The notes under the pieces are model-generated. The model had not been told where the DNA came from. It saw only the letters and a list, made by a program, of their open reading frames with translations, and ran no database searches. A DNA stretch of 64,000 nucleotides from Minutocellus sp. GHC0000111 (lineage: Eukaryota). Shown one piece after another: positions 9,647 to 19,811 of the stretch (positions are counted from its first letter, which is position 1; every line of letters starts with the position of its first letter). A program made the position numbers and the translations under genes. The stretch is taken from the NCBI GenBank assembly GCA_977018835.1, contig OZ361256.1, positions 6,386,001 through 6,450,000 of the forward strand. Direction: 5' to 3'.

Positions 9647-12600
9647 CCTTTCGGTTTCAGAGGATTTGTAGAGGGTATACCAATAACCCCTAAAAAAGGT
9701 CATTCTTGCACCCATTTCTCATTTCCCACCCCACGTGTTTTGTTAGTCGACATTCTCTTCGGGAGGAACGCAAATACTCCTCAACTCGTGGATATCTACT
9801 GGACCTGCTCATTCAGTAGGTTGCCACCGACCAGTAGTATCCACTGAATTCGCAGGTCCAGTAGATTCTGGCAGGAACACATGTGTTTTTTGGTCCCCCG
9901 CACACCCTCTCACACACACCGCAACCCCCCGCAAATTTTGTGACGATGACGACGACCAACCAGACCACGCCCAAAAAATACAAACGCAGCAGAACTTCGT
10001 TCTCAGGGAGCAAGAGAGGCAACACCAAGGCATCCAGGAAGGCGGCAAAGGCGGCAGCTGAGCCGAAAACACCATCGCCGAGCGCAAACACGTCGAAGAA
10101 GCGGCCACGGTCAAATTCGCCCCCGCGCCAAACCGTCACCGTCGTCGGCGAAGAAGAGGACGGCCCCTCCTCCTATCCCCATGGCCTTTCTCCTTGCAGC
10201 AGATGTCATTCGAAGGGCTGGTAAGGATCTGTGGTGGAGAGTAACCCCCGATTCCTGCGGCAAAGATGACATTTGTGTTGGCTCTCGGCAGAAATGGGAA
10301 GACGTCCTCCCTGCTTTCATCGAGGCCGACTTGTTGCGTTCCAAGTCCGTCGGTGGAGGAAAGTATGAGCTACAGTGCAACGAGGAAAAATGGAAGGATA
10401 TGCAGCAACATCTCAAGGAGCATTGTAGTTTGAAGTTGCACTTGTCGACGAGTCGGCCGACCGAGAGGGAAGACAAGACGCAGGGCGCTTTGTGTTTGTG
10501 TGCTCACAGGTTGCGTAAAAAGAAGGAGGACAACCACCCGAAATTCTCTGGACCGGAGGGACAGAAGGTGCACGAGAAAAGAAATCCCGATGAAGTTCTG
10601 TTCTCTGGGCGCTCGACTGTCTCTTAGCTACTGAGCTAGGTGAGAGGTTGTCAGCTCACAGAAAGGAGGCACAGTCAGCGCATTGCGAAGCAAGAGTAAA
10701 ATCACTAGTCGACGAGGCCAAGAAACTGGGTTGGATGCCAGCAAGTCTCCTCAGCATGCTGAAGGGAACTGGTGATGCTACTTCTTCCGCCACTGAAGCA
10801 GCAGCTGCAGCCTCCGCCACCAATGATGAAGGTTTAGGAGGAGCCGACACTTCCGTTGTCTGTGCCACCTCCAGTGACATTGATGAACAGGTAAAGGTCG
10901 CTCTCGGCCTCGACTTTGTTGTTCGGATGGCCAACGATGACATGCTCCGTCCTCCTCGTCCCAATGCAACCAACCGTCACCGAACCAATGCCAATCAGAA
11001 AAGAAAAGCAGGCGAATGAAAGAATGCGGTTCAGCGCCGTGGCTCTCGCGGATTGGTGGGGATGCGGCGACCCAACTCGCACGCATGAAGACCGGCAACA
11101 AATTGCAACTGCCGCGTGTCGGCAAGTTGCGTGCGATCACGGTTGTGCCAAGTCAACCGGTGGTTCTCAGCTTTACAAGTGGAGAGACCAGCTCTACAAA
11201 AGCCTTACTGATGGCATCAGCAATCCCATCGGCAGAAAGGAGGTTCGTGGAAGGAAGGCACACACGGACATGATCGAGGAGAAGGAGCCAGGATGTCTCC
11301 GCGAGCTGCATCGGTGTGCTACTCGGATGAAGGGTGCGATGGCAACCTTTAAGGAGCTAGCTGACTGTGTGAGCGCAAAATCAGCTACTCCAGATGAAGA
11401 CAGGCTGACAATTAGTCTCCATCGTCTTCAGCTTTTTCGCTGGTGGAAAAAGCAAGGCGGCAAGGAGAAGTCGTCGATCGAGAAGCCGAGGCTCACCCCC
11501 GAACAATGTTGTAGGAAGCGACTTGATTGGATCGAAAAGTGGGAGGACATTACGACCGATCCCAACATTCCTGTAGCGCATCTTGATGAAAAGTGGTTTT
11601 ACACTACTACTCGGCGACGAAAGATCAAGATGTTGCCACTTTCTGACGAAGAACTAAGTAGTCCGAACCTCGCGTCTGTCCATGCTTCCGAGGCAAGCCC
11701 GAAAATTCGATCCAGAAGATGCCCTGTCAAAGTTATGTGTCTTGGAGTTGTTGGCCGACCAATGAAGGATGAAACCAAAGACGTTGATTTCAATGGGCGC
11801 ATCATGATCAAGAGAGTCGCCAGGGAGCAGAAGGTGGAAAAGCTTGCGCGCAATCAGAATTATTTCTCTCCAGATGCTAAGGTCAACGATGCGCTAAAAA
11901 ATGACAAAGATTGGCGCGACATTTACGACGAGAGTGCTGACATGACCACCGGCCATCTTTGCGACCACATTGCCGAAATCTACGGCCTTTCTGAGTTTGT
12001 TACACAGCGATTGGAACTTCAATGCGAGGACTATAAATCCGACGGTCAGGCAAAAAGTCGCAAGCATGCCGCTGTTGGCTACACAATCAAAAGATCTCGA
12101 GTCTCAAGCGACACACTCCTGATAGCAATGGAGAGAAGGTGAAGGTTGAGATCGACGACCTTGAGCTCGGGGTGCGGTATCAACGGGGCGATAAGGTTAC
12201 CAAGGACTGTAGCTGCAACTCCAAATGGATGTTGGAGACTATGAATGAGGTCGGGGAGGCGATTCGAGACGCACATCATTGGGTGAAGTGGGATCCACAA
12301 AACATTCAGGAGTCTGATGTTATGTATCTTATGATGGACAATGCCGGCGGTCATGGGTCCAATGAAGCAGTTGAGAAGTACACCGAGGACCTCAAAAACA
12401 AATATAAGATTGAGATAATCCAGCAGGTTCCTCGGTCGCCCGAGACAAATGTTCTTGATCTCGGCATCTGGATGTCTTTGCAGTCGGCCGTCGAAAAGGA
12501 GCATCGCGGTCAGAAGAATGATGCGAATGCTCTTGACAAGACTGTGATGAAAGTATGGGCCAATGTCGCATCAAAAGAGGCCTTTCTCAATGTATTTGGA

Positions 12601-13127
12601 AAACTTCCAGTGATATATAACAACATCAAGAGAAGTCGTGGCGGTAACAATCTTGTGGAGACCAGACGGGGAAAGGCTGGTCTCGCAAAAATTGCCGAGG
12701 AAGAAGCTGAAGAGGATGGTGAACCACTCTGGCCAATTGATGCTCCCGGCGAAGATGATGACATTGAGGACGACATAGATGAAAATGATGAAGACGATGG
12801 AGTCATTGATTTGCTATAACTTATCATAGCATGTCCATTTCTATTCATTACATTTGGTGCTTCCAAAAATGTATTTTTTCCCGGGGTGAGGAATGCAAAT
12901 GTCGAAAAAAATCATCACATAATGTACATTTATTGGTTCTGGTGCACAACATCTCTCGACTATATGTAGAAGTTGGTGACCATAACTTGGTTCTTGCCCC
13001 GACTTCCATCTTTGCCGTCATTTATTCCTCGGAGTTAGAAAAAGTGAGCTTGGATTTTTGGTCTGGTGTGGTCGTGTTTCTAATACGTCATCATCACGTC
13101 ACTTTCAAATCCTCTGAACTCGAAAGG
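9647..13127 (+). mobile_element. Tc1/mariner DD39D DNA transposon, full length (3481 bp)
   Basis: 22-bp TIRs at 9647-9668 and 13106-13127 (20/22 identical), TA TSD at 9645-9646 and 13128-13129, internal transposase. Confidence 0.93.
9946..12819 (+). pseudogene. DD39D transposase, frameshifted into about five ORF pieces
   Basis: LDEKWFY (D 11585), KVMCLGVV, MDNAGGH (D 12337), PRSPETNVLDLG (D 12457); 39 residues between D2 and D3. Confidence 0.88.
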
Positions 13128-13249
13128 TAGGCCTACCTAGGTACGACACGAGTGCATGCTTATCCTTGACGCAAGCCAGCTCCGTCTGGGCGGCCTCTGA
13201 TTCCGTCTTGGCGACACTTGTCTCGGCCTTTTGTACGGCGGTATCAGTG

Positions 13250-14020
13250 ATGCCATTCGCCTTTCGACAACATTTGCAACGCTGTTTGGTGGCAGCAGTT
13301 GTTGCTGCTGCCATGCAGCACGAGACTGTTGCTGGATTTCATTCACCGACGAATACAGCACAAAGTCATGGGGTGCTGCGATCGCGACTGCAAATGTCCG
13401 AGCCATCATTCTTTGATGAGCCGGCAGAACCTGCTGCAAAGGATGTGCGCGGTGCGACGCAACCGTCCATTGATGAGATAGCGGCGGCATCGGAATTCGA
13501 GGAGCACATTCCGAGAGTAAACAGCGTCACACTAACCGGTAGAGTCGGGAATGATCCCGAGCCGCGATATTTCGATGATGGAAAAGTGGTAATCAATTTG
13601 TCACTGGCCTGCAAACGCAAGTACCACCCCCTGGAGCGCAGGGTGCGCAACATCAAGTATGGCGAAGAGGAGACCGACTGGTTCACCTTGGAGTTGTGGG
13701 GTCGAGATGCCGAATATGCGAATAATTTTGTCACCAAGGGAGCCCGAATTGGCATTACTGGGAGTATGGCCAAGGACGAGTGGACAGATAGAGCCACTGG
13801 CGATCCTCGATCCAGGCACAAGGTGCAGGTGAAGCATTTGGACATATTGGAAAGCAAGGCCGAAGCGGATTTGCGTCGGGGCAACAGTGGTCGGTCGTAT
13901 GGTGGAGGTGGTGGCGGTGGCGGCAACAGCTATGGAAGTGGCAATTACGGCGGCGGAGGTAGTTATACCGATGACGACGGCGGACCAGAGCCAGCTGGTA
14001 CCGGAGGCTTCTTTGACTGA
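13250..14020 (+). CDS. SSB: Organellar (probably plastid) bacterial-type single-stranded DNA-binding protein
   Basis: VNSVTLTGRVGNDPE, ETDWF, KGARIGITG OB fold. Gly-rich linker and acidic/aromatic tail. Signal peptide ends VAG-F. Confidence 0.9.
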   Translation: MPFAFRQHLQRCLVAAVVAAAMQHETVAGFHSPTNTAQSHGVLRSRLQMSEPSFFDEPAEPAAKDVRGATQPSIDEIAAASEFEEHIPRVNSVTLTGRVGNDPEPRYFDDGKVVINLSLACKRKYHPLERRVRNIKYGEEETDWFTLELWGRDAEYANNFVTKGARIGITGSMAKDEWTDRATGDPRSRHKVQVKHLDILESKAEADLRRGNSGRSYGGGGGGGGNSYGSGNYGGGGSYTDDDGGPEPAGTGGFFD

Positions 14021-14105
14021 TTTGCCTTTGACTTTCAAGGTGGCTAAGAGGCAACGAAGCGCCATTAGTAAAATTAAGCGATCAAATAAGTCTACAGTAG
14101 ATCTA

Positions 14106-14921
14106 TCAATTCAGTCCGCCGGTATTCTTCTCATTCTCTTCTTGCTGCTTCTTTACCAACCATGCTGGCAGATTCGATGTGCCTCTTCCTCGACCCCTCC
14201 CTCTTCCAGCTCCTCCAACAGATGCCGCCACACTGACAGCACGGCTCTCCACGATGCGATCCAAATCCCCGGCTTCCTCGGCTGCCCTCCTTTCCTCCTC
14301 GATGCGCTCCCGAACTCGGCGATGTACCTCGAGCTGCTCCTTTGCCGCACGTTCCATTCGAATCTGCTCCTGTTCATGAGCCTGCCGTTCCCGAAAGGCG
14401 AGGTAGTCATTCGGTACCAGCGGATCGCACCGATCTTGGGGCTGGACCGATGCATGCAATTGCCGAAGCCATTCTGGCTCTTGGTTCTGGATACCCTCTG
14501 GTGCACGAGTGAGAGGAGGAGTGGTGCTACTAGTAGTACTCGTTTTCGTGCCGATATCTTCTTGTAGCTGCTGCTGCGCATGCGATGATGGCAAACCAGC
14601 ACCCTGGGCTTGAGCGGTTCTCGGTCTCTTGGCTCCAGGACCTGCACCACTGAGGCCACCGGCCGAGGTAGCTGCCGGTTTCTTCCTTCTCAAGGCTGCC
14701 GGAACAAAGGCAAAGGTTGTACCAGCGTTGCCGATGCTCTCCACCAAAGAGGTCGATTGAGGAGCATTAGCAGCTGATGGAGTGGATTGGTTGGCCTCTC
14801 CTGCCGCTGCCGCTGCCCCACTGCTCTCACTGGCACCGCAACCACCTTTCGATTGCTCTTGTGGTGCCTTGCATTCGTTCTGGGCCGACTTGGCTGAGGG
14901 AAGGTCACCGAATAGGTCCAT
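14106..14921 (-). CDS. SPF45/RBM17 N-terminal-like splicing-related protein (no G-patch or UHM visible)
   Basis: MDLFGDLP start, FVPAALRRK, DPLVPNDY plus coiled coil, RGRGRGTSNLPAW. Confidence 0.6.
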   Translation of the reverse strand: MDLFGDLPSAKSAQNECKAPQEQSKGGCGASESSGAAAAAGEANQSTPSAANAPQSTSLVESIGNAGTTFAFVPAALRRKKPAATSAGGLSGAGPGAKRPRTAQAQGAGLPSSHAQQQLQEDIGTKTSTTSSTTPPLTRAPEGIQNQEPEWLRQLHASVQPQDRCDPLVPNDYLAFRERQAHEQEQIRMERAAKEQLEVHRRVRERIEEERRAAEEAGDLDRIVESRAVSVAASVGGAGRGRGRGRGTSNLPAWLVKKQQEENEKNTGGLN

Positions 14922-15221
14922 GGTTGCGCTTCCGATCGATCTCTCACGCACTCAGCCGGCATCGGAAATCGGCAATGGAGAAGAATAAATAGTCCAGCCA
15001 GAGAAATTCGTACGGGAGCGTCAGTCCGTCGGCCGTCGGCCGTCGGCCTGTCCGCCATGACGCGACGATGACGTCGAAAGGCTAAGGAAAGATAGAACGC
15101 GTCGTCAACACATTTTTCTCCGTGTTGAATGAAGGTTGAAGAGCTCATTGACTGAAGACTGGATTACGCTCTGCCCGAAATGATTTCCACAAGCGATACC
15201 AGGTGATAATTGACGCCTGCC

Positions 15222-16889
15222 ATGTCTTCTTCGGACGAGGATGATGATTCGTCCTACGAATCCGTGGCAGAAGAGCGGATCGGCGGGATACTACACGAGG
15301 CTGTTCTCGAGGTGAATGAGGAGATTGCCATTGCCCAGAGACCGGCGTCTCCTCCTTGTACTGATGCAGGTCACCAAAACGTGGCGACGGACGACAATGG
15401 CATAGAATCAAGGCGCTCCTCTCTACGGGCTGTCTTCCCGCCCTTCTTCTTCCCGACCCGTTCGGGTAGCGCTTGCAATAGTACCAGTAGTGGCGGCGGC
15501 GGCGGCGGCGGCGGTGGTGGCTTGCACTGTCCCATCCAATCCTTCCACCTCAATCGACGTCGGACATGGGGGTCGGCCATAGCCCATCGGTTGGTGATGG
15601 AATCGGTCTTCCCCGCAACTGTATTCCGTGCTGTTGTGACTGTATTTCATCTTTGGTTGGAGAGAAGTGGTGGCGATGGCGATGATTGTGATGATGACAG
15701 CTACGATCCGTCTCGGTCTCGACACCACGGTACATGCTCAAATCCCTGTGATGACACGATAGCATCTGCCCCGATGGAGGAGATAGTTTCTTACTTGAAA
15801 TTTTTGGCCCAAGAGTGTGGTGTTGGAGATGCTATCGCAAGAGGAAACCACCATGTTGACGTCAATGATGACATAGATCCCACTGCAACCTGGCATCACT
15901 TTCTTCCTTCTCTAGCCGAGGCGTCGAGACTATCCATTGCAGAAAAGACCATCATTCGGAGTATGGAGGATACCGCCGATCCCATGGCACTAGAAATAGA
16001 TCTAGAGGCATGCTGATCCATCACGCTGGGAGAATGGAAGGCATTCTTGGGCATTCCTCGAGAGCACGTGCCCTCGGCAGATCAATTAGCGGATGGTTCG
16101 TCGGATTTCATCGCTCTTTTGGAATGGTGGAATTCATTGCCCCAACTTTTGGGTGCTAAAAGTGCGGTGGAGGTTTCAGATGAGCAGTCTCTGTACAATT
16201 TTCTCCTTGAGTATTGTCGGGCGATAAATGTGTCTGTGATGAAGTATACGTGTCATGGTTGGACATCTGCCATTGGCTGTGTCCATCGCCGAAGATGTGG
16301 CGTGATGTTGAATAGGCTCGGTCATCCTGCATCGGCGAGGAGGGCATTCTATAATGGTGCGATGGGACGACTTGTGGCTTGTGATTTGATTCGCACACAC
16401 GGCAAAATGAAGCTGAGCGTTGGGTTTGTGCGCAACGGCTGTCATACTCGGAATATACCGGTGATTGAGGAGGCGGAGTACACTGATGAATGCGATCGCT
16501 CAGTATCTTGCTCGGAACCAATGAAATCCTGCGATGACGCAAAGTTGGACACCAGTGATGACGCAGCATCAATGAAAGACGATGAAGAGCAAAAGGTGAA
16601 AGCTTTGCGCAGTGAGAAGCTCGTGGACTTGTTTCCAAGTGAGGATGAAGATGACATTTCAAACGAACCAAGACGAATATTTCGAAGGATAAAAGGAGGG
16701 ATAGCAACGACGATACCAACACATGAAGGTACCGTTGGTACTGTTCGCACCAGCATATCCAATGCAGAGAAAAGATTGCGATGTGAAAAGAAGAATAACG
16801 CAAACTATTGCGAAGTGTCTCGCGCTTGGGCAGATGCACGGGATACATTTGGAGTACACTCAGATGAAGACGATCACGATAGCTTGTAG
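15222..16889 (+). CDS. Hypothetical protein with an in-frame TGA at 16014-16016
   Basis: ORFs 15210-16016 and 16047-16889 share one frame and are separated by a single TGA. Confidence 0.5.
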
Positions 16890-16999
16890 TCAATTAGATT
16901 GGCTGACATGCTGTCATGTTATGTCCACATACAAATAATTTATCCCTTTTTAGAATTATGAAATGGTAAAGGTGGTAATTTCTTGATTCGATGTGTACT

Positions 17000-17998
17000 T
17001 CACACTTGAATTTTTGATATGGCAAAGCCAGCTCGCCTCAATAGAGCGGAGGCTGTCTTGAGGAAGAAATCGTTCGTCACCTTGACGCCTTTCCGTAATT
17101 GTAGAGCTTGACCCGACCATAACGTAGCAGGTGCCGTCAAGGTTATCGTGAATTCCGTTCCGACCGCTGAGCTAGCCTTTGTTGCCGACTCTTTGGATAT
17201 AACTGCGTTGCCGTCGAAAGCAAAACCAAATAGAACGGTAAGCTGCTTGAGTGCCTTGAGCACGGTTGCTGAATCTGATGATTTGTCTATTGCTGGTATT
17301 TGTGCCTCTGTGCCTCCAAATACTTCAGCCAAGCGATTCAGTACTTTGTCCCCTACCATTTCGTCGTGCATCGATGGGAGCAATGCACTTTCAACCTTCC
17401 GCTTGATGACAATGGGGACAAATTTCTGCGGCTCGCCTTCTGGTACCTCCACAGGTTGCTGTTCCTCAAATACCGTCTCGGGATTCAAGATCTCTCGGTT
17501 GATGGTTGCATATTGCGCAAAGGAAATGAAGTCGAAATACGCTGGATTGGTCAAATCCCCCTGTTGGACGGCGCCTGGGCCAAGCAGGTCAACATACGTC
17601 TGGTACTCGGCAGAACGTATGAGAAAGAAATCCCGCTGGAACTGGTCCATTGCCACGACGTCCAACTCATCGAGTGCATTGTATGACGATCGCATTAAAA
17701 GGACTGAAAAATCCAAGTTGAGCTTATTGCGAAGAACTTTGGGAGGCTTCTTACGCATGGATCGCTCGAACCGAGCTCCAACATTGTCGGCCTCACCAAC
17801 AGTCACGGGCGGAGCAGCATGAGCAATGGCCGGAAGTAGTGTTGTGCCTAAGGTTGTGGACGATAGAAGAGTGGTCAGTGCTTGCCGCCGCGTCGTTGCA
17901 TCGGCGGCACATGTTGGCTTCTCTGTGCTCAGCGCATAGCCTTGGTGAGCTCCCTGCACCGCCAACAGCAACAGCAGCTTCGAATTCAGCAGCATCAT
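17000..17998 (-). CDS. Hypothetical plastid/thylakoid-lumen protein
   Basis: Signal peptide, then twin-Arg TTRRQAL, hydrophobic stretch and AHA cleavage site. Core FSVLLMRSSYNALDELD...QGDLTNPAYFDFISFAQY looks conserved. Confidence 0.7.
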   Translation of the reverse strand: MMLLNSKLLLLLAVQGAHQGYALSTEKPTCAADATTRRQALTTLLSSTTLGTTLLPAIAHAAPPVTVGEADNVGARFERSMRKKPPKVLRNKLNLDFSVLLMRSSYNALDELDVVAMDQFQRDFFLIRSAEYQTYVDLLGPGAVQQGDLTNPAYFDFISFAQYATINREILNPETVFEEQQPVEVPEGEPQKFVPIVIKRKVESALLPSMHDEMVGDKVLNRLAEVFGGTEAQIPAIDKSSDSATVLKALKQLTVLFGFAFDGNAVISKESATKASSAVGTEFTITLTAPATLWSGQALQLRKGVKVTNDFFLKTASALLRRAGFAISKIQV

Positions 17999-18302
17999 CT
18001 TGCACGAAAAATGACGAATGACGATTGCACTTACGAGTGGGTGTTCCCCGAAAGATCAAATCCCCTTTATAAAACTCAAAACCCACTTTTCACATCTAAA
18101 CATTTATTGGTCCAGAAAGTTGTGACGCGCCAGCTAAACGATACCAGCGCGTATGTTTATGCCAACGTCGACCCAATGTCGACCCATTTATGCCACCTTT
18201 CATTGCATTCGACCATTGTTTGGACCACTGTGCACTTGGTATTGGAAATAATAATAATAAGCTTGAATTGGCATTAGGTGCAGCTCGATCCCGTTCGTAC
18301 TC

Positions 18303-19648
18303 ATGATGTCTCAGGCCGCCGCGAATAAAAATCCCGACCTTTCGAAGATGGCTGCTGCGGCTGCTGCCGCTTCTGGAATGGTCCTTCCTCCTGGATTTGC
18401 CTTCGCTCCGGGCATGGCTAATTTTGCCGTTGCTGCTCCCCCTGCTGTTGGTGCTGCTGCCATTGGTGGAGGGGTGGCTGAAGGTGCCAAGGCGGCAGAC
18501 ATTAAGAAGGACGGGGTTGCCAAGGCCAAAGCTCCGCGCAAGAAGTGGAAGAAACCGGCCGACAAGCCCAAGCGGCCTCTTAGCGCGTACAATTTGTTCT
18601 TTGCTGCGGAACGGAGCGAATCATATCCGAGATGGACGCGGCGGGTCAGTTGGACAAGGATGCCGTGGCTGCATCCTCCGCTGTTGATGAGGATGTCGCC
18701 AACACCGATCCCAAGAGGCGTCCGCATCGCAAGACGAGTGGCGTCGGCTTTCGGACGCTCGCACAAAAGATTTCGGAGCGCTGGAAGAATCTCGACGCCA
18801 AGACCAAGGCTCCCTTCGAGAAGGAGGCGGCCAAGGAGAAGGAGAAGTATCTGGTCCTCCTGGCGGCCTGGAAGGAGAAAAAGGCGAAGGAAGATTTGCA
18901 GGAGAAGGCCGTGCAGATTAAAGTGCAGGAAGAGCAGGGCAGAATGCGTCAGATACAGCATGAGCAGATCCGAGAGCAGCAGGCTGCCTTGGCGGCAGCA
19001 GGGGCTACTCTTCCAGCGATCGGTGCCGCCGCTGCCCCAGCCCTTCTTGTTGTTCCGCCCGGTTTGACGCCTCAACAGCAGCATCAGTACATGGCATCCT
19101 TGAGTCTTGCAGGCATCGCCATTCCCCCTGCAAATGCTGCTCAGTTCGCCGCCCCCAAGGCCATGACCAACCTTGGCGTTCACAACACTTCCCTCTACGC
19201 AATGGCCAAGCCCGTAAATCCTGCTACAAATGATCAGCAGAAGAAAGCTACTAGTGGTACTGCTGGCAGTGAAGCCTCGACGAGCAACAGAAATGCGTCT
19301 CTTCCGGGAGCTCCGCTTCCTCGTGTTCACCCCATCAACTCCGATGTCAAAGAACCGTCGTCCCTCCTTCAACAGCAACAGGCCCAATCAACGACAACAA
19401 CCACACCTGGTGCTACCGGAGCCAATGGCATTGGAGCTCCCACCCCAGGCGCCAATGGCACATCCCAGGTGGACTGGGAATCCATGCGCACCGTCGTCAA
19501 CCAGTCCGATCCGACCAGTATGGCGGCTGCCGCCATCAATGCCGCCTCGGGAGGAGATGAAAATCCCATCGATGCCATCAACAGGGCTCAGGCCTTCCTC
19601 TCCAATCTCAAGGCGTCCTTGGAAACTGGCCAATCGGCCCAGGTCTAA
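18303..19648 (+). CDS. HMG-box transcription factor with an apparent 1-nt deletion at ~18613
   Basis: KPKRPLSAYNLFFAAER in one frame continues as RIISEMD...VGFRTLAQKISERWKNLD...AAKEKEKY in another. Confidence 0.85.
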
Positions 19649-19811
19649 ATTGGGCAGTAGGCCACCAAAGAGCTGTACAATTTTTTGATGTGGAAAAAAA
19701 TACATACTAGTAATATTATTATGAAGAATTTAGTTTGTGTTCGACCGTTTTCCATACCACCGTAAAGCCCCGGTTGTACGAGTCGGTACAGAATATATAA
19801 AGTTGAATCAT

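Noticed and set aside
11579..11581. His in VAHLDEKWF as evidence of Tyr>His change
   Set aside because: His is native at this position in DD39D mariners (HIDEKWF), so it is not diagnostic.
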